From the NCBI GenBank assembly GCA_964650285.1, contig CAZYSP010000001.1, positions 13,169-77,168 on the forward strand: a stretch of 64,000 bases of DNA. Reading direction: 5' to 3'. Below, piece after piece: positions 18,508 through 28,443 of the stretch; the first letter of the stretch is position 1; every line of letters starts with the position of its first letter. The position numbers were made by a program, and so were the translations under genes. This stretch comes from an uncultured Methanosarcinales archaeon. Its GTDB lineage: Archaea > Nanobdellota > Nanobdellia > Woesearchaeales > GW2011-AR4. Below the pieces are notes generated by a model. That model did not search any database. It was not told the DNA's origin and saw only the letters and a list, made by a program, of their open reading frames with translations.

Positions 18508-18668
18508 TTTAGAATAAAGTGTAAAAATAAAGTACAATAATAAAAATTCAATGAAAAATTATAAATAAAAAATTTCAATATAAAATAAAAACAATATCAA
18601 CAATTAAAAAATAAATAAAATAATAATTAATGAAAAATAAAAAAATAATAAAAAAAGAGGTGGGTAGT
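18508..18668 (+). repeat. AT-rich modular intergenic repeat (family M-a/M-b copy)
   Basis: 'AGTACAATAATAAAAATTCAAT' and 'AAAAACAATATCAACAA...AAATAAATAAAATAATAATTAATGAAAAATAA' blocks shared with the other copies. It ends with the SD-like GAGGTGG before the ATG at 18669. Confidence 0.5.
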
Positions 18669-18881
18669 ATGGTACTAAGCAATGTTGCTCCATTAAAAGG
18701 CGGCTATATGATTACAAGCATAGTTGGCTTTCTTATTTCTGCAGTCTATGTTTTTCCACGAAGCTATACGTGGGGATTGACTTTCCTGATATTTTTTGCC
18801 CTGATGTTTGTGGCTTCCATGATATCGATGACTTACGGGCCTGACGAGGCTATGTATCATGTTGGGAATAAGGAACAATAA
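18669..18881 (+). CDS. Small 2-TM membrane protein, hypothetical
   Basis: The ORF track starts at 18630, but that segment is part of the conserved intergenic repeat. The ATG at 18669 follows a GAGGTGG SD-like motif. Confidence 0.3.
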   Translation: MVLSNVAPLKGGYMITSIVGFLISAVYVFPRSYTWGLTFLIFFALMFVASMISMTYGPDEAMYHVGNKEQ

Positions 18882-18961
18882 TTATTATTTTATTTATTGT
18901 CTACTTTAACTATACCCTTATTCAAAAAATGGTGGGTAAAATCAATTCATAAGAAATAAAA

Positions 18962-19264
18962 TCACTTATTAAACATCTCATCAAACTTTTCTTTTGCCTT
19001 GTTTTCTTTCCAATAGACTTCATGAGATGCGCGTTTTTCAAATAATGAAACTGCAATGTTGATTAAATCAGTCTGATAATCTTTAATGCCCTTTTCCTGT
19101 ATAATTGATTTAGCGTCATCAATGCAGTCTTTAAACAGCTTTATGTTTTCTTCTTTTAATTTTTGAGATACTTGTTTTTCTTCTTCCTCTGTCAGAAATA
19201 CCTCTTCCCATTGCGGATATGTAGAAGTTTTGCTCTGTTTTGGAAATGATTTTGAAAATGGCAT
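18962..19264 (-). CDS. Hypothetical acidic helical protein
   Basis: A 100-aa ORF with no recognisable motif. Confidence 0.25.
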   Translation of the reverse strand: MPFSKSFPKQSKTSTYPQWEEVFLTEEEEKQVSQKLKEENIKLFKDCIDDAKSIIQEKGIKDYQTDLINIAVSLFEKRASHEVYWKENKAKEKFDEMFNK

Positions 19265-19355
19265 AATAAATTAGTAAGTAAATAGCATTTATAAATTTTC
19301 TTAAAAGTACGAATAAACAAAAAATATTTAAACAAATAATAGAATAATAAGAATA

Positions 19356-19763
19356 ATGGTAATTGATACAGAAATTTTGTTAAGGCTGGTTATTGCTGCA
19401 TTAGCAGGGGGCTTAGTTGGTTTTGAGAGGAAAAAAGTACGCAAGCCAGCAGGAATAAGGACACTTATGCTAGTGGGTATGGGGGCTGCTTTATTTACTG
19501 TTGTTAGCATAACAGCTTTTACAGATATAGATCCTTCCAAAATAATAGCCGGAATTGTTACAGGTATAGGGTTTCTAGGTGCTGGAACTATTTTCCGTGC
19601 AAAAGATCATGTAAAAGGCCTTACAACAGCTGCTTCCATGTGGGCAGTTGCTGCTATTGGTATTACAGCTGGTTTAGGTGAATATGTCCTTACGGCAGCA
19701 GCAACAATACTTGTAATATTGATATTACAGCTTAATAAAATAAAAATATTAAGAGAAGTTTAA
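19356..19763 (+). CDS. MgtC/SapB-family membrane protein
   Basis: 'LVIAALAGGLVGFERKKVRKPAGIRTLMLVGMGAALFT...GIGFLGAGTIFR' matches the MgtC N-terminal domain. Confidence 0.75.
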   Translation: MVIDTEILLRLVIAALAGGLVGFERKKVRKPAGIRTLMLVGMGAALFTVVSITAFTDIDPSKIIAGIVTGIGFLGAGTIFRAKDHVKGLTTAASMWAVAAIGITAGLGEYVLTAAATILVILILQLNKIKILREV

Positions 19764-21073
19764 AACTCGAATATCTTTTTCTTCTTTAAGATAACAGAAG
19801 GTGTTGCACCACCATGCCATGTGTATCTTGGCCTTATCCTTATTGGGTATATTTTCTCATTTATGTCATCAAATATCAATGCTGCTCCTTTAACCCTTGG
19901 AAGATAATTTAATTGTTTATCAAGGCTTTCCCTCATATAGCTTTGCATTAAAGAGCCTAACGCCTGCGTATCTATTTTTGCTGTTATCCTGTGAGAAATA
20001 ACAACATCTGATTGAGTTATCACATCATTATTGATTTTTCCCGGCTGCTGGGAAGCCAGAACTAAACTTATTCCAGGCTGTCGTCCTTCCCTTAAGATTG
20101 TTATTAGCGGCTGTGTAGCTACTGTTTTACCCTGGTTTGGAAGAAATTCATGAGCTTCGTCTATAAAAAGCCATATCAAAGGTTCTTTTTCTTCTTCCTC
20201 TCTCTCAATTAGATGCGTTTCTTTGTATATTGATTCATATTCTTCACCTTTTCTTACTGCCATTCTTTGCGTGAACATCTTTTGCGCTACTAAACCTATG
20301 ACTAAAGCTCTTAAGCCCTGTGCACCTGGAATGTAAGTATAACAACTTACATCGAGGACTGTTATCTGCCCCGGTATTATTAGGTCCCCTAACAAAGTGC
20401 CTTGTTTGCTGAACAGGCCCCAATGTTTTGCAGATAAGAAGCGGTTTTCAGCTGCATCTTTTATTTCTTTAGAAGTTCTGTCATCTTTTTGTATTGCCTC
20501 AATAATTTCACCAATGTCGTAATTTTTTTTGCTTTCCTTTAGATTTTCTATCACGCGCTCAATTAAAGATCCAATTGGAGTGTTTAAATCAATTTCAAAT
20601 ACTTCAGACCATTCAAATGCGCCTAGCTCAGAAGTTCTTATTGAGAATGGAAAATCTGTTGGAATGTCTTCTTCTTTGAATTTTTTATAATAACCAACAG
20701 GTGTAAAAATATTTACATTCAATGGCTTGGCTTCTAGGTTCCATTCTTTTAGCAGTTCTTTATCCTGCTTATTTGGATATTTCATAGTCCAGTAAATGCC
20801 CATTGTATCCAGCATTATTATCGATAGATTTTTTCTTATTTCTTCCGGCAGGTCCAGCATTGATTCTGCAATTACGCCTAAAGTGTATGATTTTCCAGAT
20901 CCGCGCTTGCCGACAACAAAAACAACATGGCTTTTTGCAACATCCATGAATATCTTATTTGATAAAGAAGTAGTCTGACCCATCTTTACATAATGCCTGC
21001 CTATAAAAATTGTTCCTAATGTTCCGTATTTTTTTGCATCTTCTGGGTTTCTTCCAATAGTTATATCATACAT
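19760..21073 (-). CDS. HerA/FtsK-like P-loop ATPase (DUF87 'AAA-like' domain)
   Basis: Walker A 'VVGKRGSGKSYT' and Walker B 'LIWLFIDEAHEF'. Its size and layout are typical of archaeal DUF87 ATPases. Confidence 0.55.
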   Translation of the reverse strand: MYDITIGRNPEDAKKYGTLGTIFIGRHYVKMGQTTSLSNKIFMDVAKSHVVFVVGKRGSGKSYTLGVIAESMLDLPEEIRKNLSIIMLDTMGIYWTMKYPNKQDKELLKEWNLEAKPLNVNIFTPVGYYKKFKEEDIPTDFPFSIRTSELGAFEWSEVFEIDLNTPIGSLIERVIENLKESKKNYDIGEIIEAIQKDDRTSKEIKDAAENRFLSAKHWGLFSKQGTLLGDLIIPGQITVLDVSCYTYIPGAQGLRALVIGLVAQKMFTQRMAVRKGEEYESIYKETHLIEREEEEKEPLIWLFIDEAHEFLPNQGKTVATQPLITILREGRQPGISLVLASQQPGKINNDVITQSDVVISHRITAKIDTQALGSLMQSYMRESLDKQLNYLPRVKGAALIFDDINEKIYPIRIRPRYTWHGGATPSVILKKKKIFEF

Positions 21074-21222
21074 TTTATTTATTCATTAAATTGTTAATAT
21101 AAAAATCTTTGTATCATAACTAGTAAAAAACAATGAAAATTTTCAATAAATAAAAAATTATTATAATAAAAAACTAATAGAAATTCTTTTTAATAAAAAA
21201 TAATAAAAGAACCCATATTGCT

Positions 21223-22236
21223 CTAAAAACCATTCACATCCAAAGCCTTATTTGTCATCTCTATTGATTTTTTCCCGTCTTTAAATCCTGTTGCTGCCCT
21301 TATAGCATCTATGGTTTCCAAAATAACATCAGATTCCTGATGGATGGCTTGCAAATAAAACAGTTTTTTGTCTTTAACACCAATACCTTCTTCCCAGACA
21401 CAGATTTCAGGCATATCCCCCCTTGCCATTCCAATATCTTTTGCAAGTTCCATTATTTCAGCTGTTGATCTAACGCGCTCTGCATTTCTTACTACTCGAA
21501 TGCGGGTAGTTTTTCTGAACAGGCTCAGGATATCTTCAGCAGTTGCTTCTTTTTTCAAATCTACTATGAGGCTGTGCATGTGCATCAATGTTGTTGGAAC
21601 TGACATTGCTGTTGTAAATATGTTTAAGCCATGAAGAACTGTTCGAACATCAGGGCCATGGTGAGAGGGAAGCTCTAAAACCGGGACTACTGCATTTATG
21701 GGTCCATGGTAAATATCCCAGGGATCTGCTGCACGACGTACCATTGTTGCATGCACGCTCTCAATTCCATAATTTTCATTTATAGGACATAAGGTTCTGC
21801 ACAATCCAGTTGTGTTACAGCTTACAACCCTTATATAATTTTTATTTAATGCTTCGTCATAATTGCATTGCGCAACAAAGCTTGCGTCTGCGACATCGGG
21901 CTTTTCACCGCCTTCAAAAATTGCCTTGACTTTTTTTGGCAGGTAATATTTTTCTTTATTCTCTTTACCAATTTTTTTGGGAGTGCAGTCAACTATAATA
22001 TCAACACTATCCAATAAATTATTCACATCGCCTTCTGGTTTAATATTGTTTTTAGCAAACTCTCCTTTTGCATCTGTTGTGAATATCTTAAAGCCTTTTA
22101 GCTTTGCAATTTCCATTTTGTAATCATAGCTATGTCCAGTTACCCCAATCACTTCCATATCTTTTTGCAATGTTGCAGCGTCTGCAACTCTTTTACCTAT
22201 TGTTCCATAACCAACAATTCCTACTTTGATTGCCAT
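21223..22236 (-). CDS. gap: Glyceraldehyde-3-phosphate dehydrogenase, archaeal type II
   Basis: 'KVGIVGYGTIGKRVADA','VVSCNTTGLCR' (catalytic Cys). Length 337 aa. Confidence 0.9.
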   Translation of the reverse strand: MAIKVGIVGYGTIGKRVADAATLQKDMEVIGVTGHSYDYKMEIAKLKGFKIFTTDAKGEFAKNNIKPEGDVNNLLDSVDIIVDCTPKKIGKENKEKYYLPKKVKAIFEGGEKPDVADASFVAQCNYDEALNKNYIRVVSCNTTGLCRTLCPINENYGIESVHATMVRRAADPWDIYHGPINAVVPVLELPSHHGPDVRTVLHGLNIFTTAMSVPTTLMHMHSLIVDLKKEATAEDILSLFRKTTRIRVVRNAERVRSTAEIMELAKDIGMARGDMPEICVWEEGIGVKDKKLFYLQAIHQESDVILETIDAIRAATGFKDGKKSIEMTNKALDVNGF

Positions 22237-22260
22237 GTTAAAAACCTCCGATTTTTTATC

Positions 22261-23388
22261 TTATATCTGGATAATCTTCCTGACTATAGAAGCACTGCCT
22301 TCAGCTTTGAACGCCTTTATATAATCACAGGCAGCTTTATAGGATGTTTCTTCTATTTCCTGCCTGCATTCATCAGACATTGAATATATCCTATTGAAAA
22401 ATACCTTTATAGCATGCTTTCCATTCTTGCCGAATATTTCCTCTGGTTTTTTTCCTTCAATTGGCTTGTTCTTTATGGTCCAGTCAAACATTTCCTGCCA
22501 TAAATCAGGATGATGTTTCTTTAAAGCATCAAAAACAATATTCTGGAATAGTGTAGCAACATTTCCCTTTAATATATCTCCATGAGGGAACTTATCTTTT
22601 ATTATGTCAAGAGGGGTTCCTGTAATGCCGTGCTGTGCAATCCTTACATCAAAATTGTTGTCTCTTAAAGCTTTGGCAACAGCCTGTGTTTGCTCTATGT
22701 TAATTGTGGTTTGTGCAATTAAGTTGCCTTGCTCATCATAAATATTGCCATGAGTTGAGCCATTTGCAATTGCCAACAAATTCGGATTAATTCCAGCTTC
22801 GTTTAATTTTTTAATAAAGGTGACAGCTTCTTCTGGCTTAGTCAAAACCATTCCTTCTGAATCTTTTCTTCCTATTTCACCAACTTCAACTTCTAAGCCA
22901 AATTCTTTTCCAGCTAACTTTTCTTTTATGAAATTTCCCAGTTCTATTGTGGCCTTAATATTAGGTGCAAGTTCTTCTTCAATAGTTTTCCCTTCAAAAT
23001 TAAACAAATGAGAAGCATCAATTGCAAAGCTTGTGTAACCTGCTTCTATCTGAGCAGATATCATGTCTTTAATCGCTTGTATTTCTTCAGAGGTTCCTTT
23101 TTTTACTCCTATATGGTCTGCGTGCAATATCCATATATCATGTCCTACATCAGCGTTTGCTTTCTCTAAGTTTTGAGAAAAAGTTGCAGGAGTCAGTCCA
23201 GTATAACCTCCTTCCTGGTTGCATTCTGACCTTGCCAATTCCATTATAAGAGCAGTGTCAAGATCTTTTGCAGCTTTAAAAACGCTTTTTGCAACACCAA
23301 TTGTGATTCGAGGATTGCATGCCAATATTATACAGTTTTCATTCTTTAAAGCGTTGAAAACACTGTTTCCTGGCAGTGGCTCTTTCAT
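22261..23388 (-). CDS. fba: Class II (metal-dependent) fructose/ketose-bisphosphate aldolase
   Basis: 'ILHADHIG' (HxDH-type metal ligands), 'ANGSTHG', a TIM-barrel-length protein. It sits in an operon with glpX. Confidence 0.6.
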   Translation of the reverse strand: MKEPLPGNSVFNALKNENCIILACNPRITIGVAKSVFKAAKDLDTALIMELARSECNQEGGYTGLTPATFSQNLEKANADVGHDIWILHADHIGVKKGTSEEIQAIKDMISAQIEAGYTSFAIDASHLFNFEGKTIEEELAPNIKATIELGNFIKEKLAGKEFGLEVEVGEIGRKDSEGMVLTKPEEAVTFIKKLNEAGINPNLLAIANGSTHGNIYDEQGNLIAQTTINIEQTQAVAKALRDNNFDVRIAQHGITGTPLDIIKDKFPHGDILKGNVATLFQNIVFDALKKHHPDLWQEMFDWTIKNKPIEGKKPEEIFGKNGKHAIKVFFNRIYSMSDECRQEIEETSYKAACDYIKAFKAEGSASIVRKIIQI

Positions 23389-24347
23389 TTTTTATTACCT
23401 CTTGGAGGAACACTCTCATGATGATGGGTTTCAACATACCTTATTGTACCTGATTTTGAGCGCATGACAAGAGAATGCGTAAGATGACCGTATTTTGTGA
23501 AAACAACACCTTTAAGCAAAGGGCCATCACTTACACCTGTTGCTGCAAAAACCAAATAATTGCCTTTTGCAAGATTCTCTATCCCGTATACCTTGTCAAG
23601 GTCTAAACCGCGATCAAGCGCCTGTTGCTTGAATTCCTCTTTATGCGGTTTCAAAATGCCCTGCATGTCTCCTCCAACACATTTTAATGCGACAGCTGTT
23701 ATAACTCCTTCAGGAGCTCCTCCAATCCCCATCATTACATCTATACCTGAATCAGGTATTGCAGGTGCAATTCCTGCTGAGATTGTGCCATGCTCTATTA
23801 ATCTTATTCTTGCACCTGCTTCTCTTATTTGTTTTATCATCTCTTCATGACGCGGCCTATCAAGAATTATAACAGTCAGATCCTCTATATCTTTTTTAAG
23901 CGCGGTTGCAATATTTTTCAGGTTCTCTTTTATTGGAGCCTTAATATCAATAACCCCTTTTGCCTCAGGGCCGACTGCCAGCTGGTCCATGTAGCTTCCT
24001 GGCGCATTTAACAGGGAGCCCTTCGGGCCTGCTGCAAGAACCGATATAGCATTTGGCTTTCCGTTAGCCAGGTTTGATGTACATTCCAGAGGGTCAACAG
24101 CGATATCCATTTCAGGGCCTTTTCCAGTTCCAAGTTGCTCGCTGACATATAGCATTGGAGCTTCGTCTTTTTCCCCTTCCCCTATCACAACTTTGCCTTT
24201 GAAATCAACATAATTAAAGCGCTTTCTCATTGAATCTACTGCTGCTTTATCTGCTTTTTTTTTGTTGCCTTTTCCCATCCACTGCGCACATGAGATAGCA
24301 GCAGCTTCTGTGATTCTTACAAATTCCAATGCGAGGTTTCTGTCCAT
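23385..24347 (-). CDS. glpX: Fructose-1,6-bisphosphatase class II (GlpX)
   Basis: 'EGEKDEAPMLY','DIAVDPLECT','ILDRPRHEE','GIGGAPEGVI'. 4-nt overlap with fba. Confidence 0.85.
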   Translation of the reverse strand: MDRNLALEFVRITEAAAISCAQWMGKGNKKKADKAAVDSMRKRFNYVDFKGKVVIGEGEKDEAPMLYVSEQLGTGKGPEMDIAVDPLECTSNLANGKPNAISVLAAGPKGSLLNAPGSYMDQLAVGPEAKGVIDIKAPIKENLKNIATALKKDIEDLTVIILDRPRHEEMIKQIREAGARIRLIEHGTISAGIAPAIPDSGIDVMMGIGGAPEGVITAVALKCVGGDMQGILKPHKEEFKQQALDRGLDLDKVYGIENLAKGNYLVFAATGVSDGPLLKGVVFTKYGHLTHSLVMRSKSGTIRYVETHHHESVPPRGNKK

Positions 24348-24472
24348 TTTTCCACCTTAATAGTCCAGATTTTACACTAATATTTAAATTTTTCTATTAT
24401 CATACCTTATCATACAAAAATAGAAAGCTATATAAATAGGCTTATAAACTACATAAGAAATAGTATTTTGAT

Positions 24473-25318
24473 ATGAAAGAAAGAATTACAATAACATTGG
24501 ACAGCGAACTTATTAACCAGATAGACAAGAGGATAGATGGCGGTATAATAAAAAACAGAAGCCAGCAGATAGAATTATTTCTTACAAAAGCATTAGGAAC
24601 TTATAGGCCTGAAAAGGCTGTAATTCTTGTTGGCGGTAAGGCAAAACCTATAACATCTAAGATACCAAAATGTATGATAGAAATGCAAGGAAGAACTGTA
24701 ATGGAGCATTTATTGGACTTGTTAAAGAAATATGGCATTAGGGATATGATTATAAGTGTAGGCTATATGAAAGAAAAGGTGAAGGAATATTATGGAGATG
24801 GAAGCAAGTTCGGAGTTAGTATAACTTATGTAGAAGAGAATAAGTCGTTAGGAACAGGAGGCCCATTAAAATTAGCCAAAAGCCATCTTAAGGATAGTTT
24901 TATAGTTACAAATGGTGATGATTTAAAGAACATTAATATACCTAGAATGTTCAGACTGCATAAAAGAAAAGATGCTTTGGCAACAATTGCATTAACAACA
25001 GTAGCAGACCCAAGCCAGTATGGGGTTGCAAGGTTAAGCGGAAGCAGGATTCTGGAGTTTGTAGAGAAACCAAAAGCAAGTGAAGCTCCTTCAAATCTGA
25101 TAAATGCCGGATTTTATATTTTAGAGCCAGAAGTTATAAATATGATACTTGATGGTTACTCTATGCTTGAAAAGGATGTTTTTCCAAAGCTTGCCAAAGA
25201 AGGCCGCTTACGTGGATTTCCTTTTGCAGGCCAGTGGTTTGATATTGGGAATTTAGAAAGGTATGGAATAGCAAAGAAGAAATGGAGTGGTGTAAGCCCC
25301 TATGGAGAAGATGAATAA
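24473..25318 (+). CDS. Fusion: N-terminal ribbon-helix-helix (CopG-like) domain + sugar-phosphate nucleotidyltransferase (mannose-1-P guanylyl-/glucose-1-P NTP-transferase family)
   Basis: RHH signature 'ERITITLDSELINQIDKRIDGGIIKNRSQQIELFLTKAL' (aa 3-41). The NTP-transferase then begins 'KAVILVGGKAKPITSKIPKCMIEMQGRTV', with 'TNGDDL' and 'FVEKPK'. Confidence 0.7.
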   Translation: MKERITITLDSELINQIDKRIDGGIIKNRSQQIELFLTKALGTYRPEKAVILVGGKAKPITSKIPKCMIEMQGRTVMEHLLDLLKKYGIRDMIISVGYMKEKVKEYYGDGSKFGVSITYVEENKSLGTGGPLKLAKSHLKDSFIVTNGDDLKNINIPRMFRLHKRKDALATIALTTVADPSQYGVARLSGSRILEFVEKPKASEAPSNLINAGFYILEPEVINMILDGYSMLEKDVFPKLAKEGRLRGFPFAGQWFDIGNLERYGIAKKKWSGVSPYGEDE

Positions 25319-25502
25319 AATTATTTTAATATTTTTTGTAATTGTTTTAATATTTTCTGCTGGCTGCGTGAGCAAAGATGCGCAAAGACAGGAAGATTAT
25401 GAAAAATGTACGTCTGTTTGTTCTGCTGTTTTAACAGACAATTTTGTGACGATGATGTTGTGTGAGGATGAATGCCAAAAAGAGTTTTTGGAAGAAGAAT
25501 AG
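25302..25502 (+). CDS. Small Cys-rich lipoprotein-like protein
   Basis: A signal peptide with lipobox-like 'FSAGC'. 6 Cys in a 45-aa mature part. Confidence 0.3.
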   Translation: MEKMNKIILIFFVIVLIFSAGCVSKDAQRQEDYEKCTSVCSAVLTDNFVTMMLCEDECQKEFLEEE

Positions 25503-25511
25503 GTGATATAA

Positions 25512-25733
25512 TTGAAAAAACAAGTTGTTGAGAAAATTACTGCTTTAATGATAGCAGCTTTTGGATTGGTTGCAGCACTAGCCTGGAATGATACAATAAA
25601 GGCAATTTTCAAAGAAGTATTTCCTTCTCCTGGAAATAATATTATTGCAATGCTGGTTTATGCAGTTGTTGTTACTGTTATTGCTGTGTTAGGGGCAGTC
25701 AGTATAGGCAACATTTCTGAGAAATTGAAATAA
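25512..25733 (+). CDS. Small 2-TM membrane protein, hypothetical
   Basis: 73 aa with two hydrophobic helices. Confidence 0.3.
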   Translation: MKKQVVEKITALMIAAFGLVAALAWNDTIKAIFKEVFPSPGNNIIAMLVYAVVVTVIAVLGAVSIGNISEKLK

Positions 25734-25741
25734 AAAATCTG

Positions 25742-27088
25742 TTGAAAATGCTATCTAAAATCTTTAAGGCTTACGATGTCAGGGGAGTTTATAATAAGGA
25801 TTTAACAGACGAAATTACTTATAAGATTGGTAAGGCTTTTGTTTCTTTTTTGAAATGTAAGGATGTTGTTGTTGGTTATGATATGAGGCTTTCTTCTCCT
25901 AAATTATCAAAGGCCTTTATGAAAGGTGTTAATGATGAAGGGGCTGATGCAGTTGATATTGGCCAGGTAAGCACTGATGGATTGTATTTTGCTTCTGGTT
26001 TTTTACAGAAGCCCGCGGTTATGTTTACTGCTTCTCATAATCCTCCAGAGTGGAATGGTATGAAATTCTGCAGAGAAAAGGCAGTCCCAATAAATGAGGA
26101 TACAGGATTACAAAGAATAAAATCCATTATAGAGAAAAATAAATTTGAAAAATTAAAAAAAATAGGAAAGGTAGTTAAAAAAAATATTCTTAAGGATTAT
26201 GTTAAGCATGTTCTTTCTTTTATTCATAAAGACGGGGTAAAAAATTTGAAAATTGCAGTAGATGCTGGAAATGGCATGGCTGGGAAAATAGTTCCTTTAG
26301 TTTATAAAAACTTGAATGTTCAAGTAGTACCTTTGTATTTTAAACTGGATGGAAGATTTCCAAATCATCCGGCAGATCCTACTAAATATGAGAATCTTAA
26401 AGAACTGCAAAAAGTTGTTAAGGAAAAAAAATGCGACTTTGGCATGGCTTTTGATGGAGATGCTGACAGGATTTTATTTGTTGATGAAAATGGAAATATT
26501 GTTAATGGCTCTATTACATCTGCATTGATAATAAAAAGCATTCTTAAAAAACATAAAAATGAAAAAATCATTTATAGTTTGGTTTGCAGTAAAATTGTAC
26601 CTGAAACTATTGAAAAATATGGCGGAAAGGTAATTATGACAAGAGTAGGGCACTCCTTCATGAAGGATACAATGAGGGAAAATAAAGCGATATTCGGTTG
26701 TGAGCATTCTGCGCATTATTATTTCAAGCATAATTTCAATGCTGATTCTGGAATAATTGCAAGTTTGATTATATCTGAGATTATAAGTAAGGAAAATAAA
26801 AGGTTATCTGAGTTGTTAAAGGAATTTGAAGTGTATTACAAAATTGAAGAAACTAACTTTGAAGTTGCTGATAAAATATCCAAAATAAAAGAAATAAAAC
26901 AATATTATAAAAAAAAGAATCCAAAAAAAATAATGACTATGGATGGTGTCAGTGTTTATTTTGATGATTATTGGTTCAATGTACGTCCTAGCAATACAGA
27001 GCCTTTGTTGAGGTTGAATCTGGAGGCTGTAAATAAGGAACTTATGGAGGAGAAAACAAAAGAAGTGGTTGGGGTAATAAAGAGATAA
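25742..27088 (+). CDS. Phosphoglucomutase/phosphomannomutase (archaeal PMM/PGM)
   Basis: Active-site 'FTASHNPPEWNGMKF', 'GMAFDGDADR', 'GCEHSAHYYF'. Confidence 0.85.
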   Translation: MKMLSKIFKAYDVRGVYNKDLTDEITYKIGKAFVSFLKCKDVVVGYDMRLSSPKLSKAFMKGVNDEGADAVDIGQVSTDGLYFASGFLQKPAVMFTASHNPPEWNGMKFCREKAVPINEDTGLQRIKSIIEKNKFEKLKKIGKVVKKNILKDYVKHVLSFIHKDGVKNLKIAVDAGNGMAGKIVPLVYKNLNVQVVPLYFKLDGRFPNHPADPTKYENLKELQKVVKEKKCDFGMAFDGDADRILFVDENGNIVNGSITSALIIKSILKKHKNEKIIYSLVCSKIVPETIEKYGGKVIMTRVGHSFMKDTMRENKAIFGCEHSAHYYFKHNFNADSGIIASLIISEIISKENKRLSELLKEFEVYYKIEETNFEVADKISKIKEIKQYYKKKNPKKIMTMDGVSVYFDDYWFNVRPSNTEPLLRLNLEAVNKELMEEKTKEVVGVIKR

Positions 27089-27325
27089 AACAAATCATGG
27101 TTACCATGTTATTGGTAATCCAGTCGGTTTGTATGATAATAAATATGATCCAAATCCGAATAATTCAATAGAACAAGAAAGAGAGGTTATTGACCAGATA
27201 ACACGGTATTTAACTGAAATTGAAGGTCCTAGATACTTAAATTAACTGAATTCTATTTTTAATTTATTTGGTATCTTAAGAGGAATAATAGAAACCTTTA
27301 TATAGCCAAAAAAACCCCCTCTGAT

Positions 27326-28345
27326 ATGGTTGTACTTAAGAACTATAAAATTGCGACAATAGGATCTCATTCTGCATTGCAAATACTCAAAGGAGCGCAT
27401 GACGAGGGTTTTTCTACTATAGCGATATGTAAGAAAGGAATGGAAAGGCCATATAAGAGTTTTAAAGTTGCTGATAAGATAATTTCTGTAGATAATTATA
27501 AAGAACTTCTTAAAATACAAAATAAGCTGTTGAAAGAGAATGTGATTTTAATACCGCATGCTTCCTTTATTGCTTATATGGGTTATGAAGATGTAGAAAA
27601 GCTCAAGGTTCCGTATTATGGAAATAAAAAGATTTTGAGGTGGGAATCTGACAGGAATCTTGAAAGAAAGTGGCTAAAAGGTGCAGGTTTAAAGCTGCCT
27701 AAAATATTCAAGAACCCTAAGCAAATAGACAGGTCTGTAATTGTTAAGTTTCATGGTGCAAAAGGCGGCAAAGGTTATTTTATTGCAAAGAATTACAATG
27801 ACTTCAGGAAAAAGATAAAGCCCTATAAGGATGAGAAGGGCTATGTGATACAGGAATATATTTTAGGGGTTCCGTTGTTTATACATTATTTCTATTCTTC
27901 ATTGACTAATGAGTTAGAGATAATGGGTTTTGATAAAAGGTATGAGAGCAATGTTGACAGCTTAGGCAGGATTTCAGCAAGAGACCAGTTTGCGCTGGAA
28001 AAAGTGGATCCAAGCTATGTTATTGTTGGCAATATACCTGTTGTTGTACGTGAATCTTTTTTGCCAAGATTAATGGAAATGGGGGAAGCAGTTGTAAAAG
28101 AATCAAAGAAAATAACAGAGAAAGGCTTGTTCGGGCCTTTCTGCCTAGAGACTATTTTAACTCCAAAAGAAGAGATTATTGTTTTTGAAATCTCTGCAAG
28201 AATAGTAGCTGGAACAAATCCTTATGTAGGGGGAAGCCCTTATACCTGGATAAAATACGACGAGCCTATGAGCACTGGGAGAAGAATTGCCCGCGAGATT
28301 AAAATGGCTATTAAGGGGAATAAGTTGAATAAAGTGTTGGGGTAA
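27326..28345 (+). CDS. purP: 5-formaminoimidazole-4-carboxamide ribonucleotide (FAICAR) synthetase PurP, paralog 1
   Basis: 'IATIGSHSALQILKGAHDEGFSTIAIC' matches the PurP N-terminus. ATP-grasp fold, 339 aa. Confidence 0.8.
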   Translation: MVVLKNYKIATIGSHSALQILKGAHDEGFSTIAICKKGMERPYKSFKVADKIISVDNYKELLKIQNKLLKENVILIPHASFIAYMGYEDVEKLKVPYYGNKKILRWESDRNLERKWLKGAGLKLPKIFKNPKQIDRSVIVKFHGAKGGKGYFIAKNYNDFRKKIKPYKDEKGYVIQEYILGVPLFIHYFYSSLTNELEIMGFDKRYESNVDSLGRISARDQFALEKVDPSYVIVGNIPVVVRESFLPRLMEMGEAVVKESKKITEKGLFGPFCLETILTPKEEIIVFEISARIVAGTNPYVGGSPYTWIKYDEPMSTGRRIAREIKMAIKGNKLNKVLG

Positions 28346-28443
28346 GTACAATAAATAATATTTCAATAAAAGAGTTCCAATAATAAAAATTTCAATAAAT
28401 AAAAAATACAATAATAAAAAAACAATATCAATAAAAAATAATA
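28346..28443 (+). repeat. AT-rich modular intergenic repeat (family M-a/M-b copy)
   Basis: 'GTACAATAAATAATATTTCAAT...AAAAAATACAATAATAAAAAAACAATATCAATAAAAAATAATAAA' matches the copies at 14552, 18508 and 60784. Confidence 0.45.

Noticed and set aside
18630-18668. N-terminal 13 codons of the ORF called at 18630 (MKNKKIIKKEVGS)
   Set aside because: These nucleotides belong to the conserved intergenic repeat (matching non-coding copies at 14690-14720). The ATG at 18669 with a GAGGTGG motif is the likelier start.
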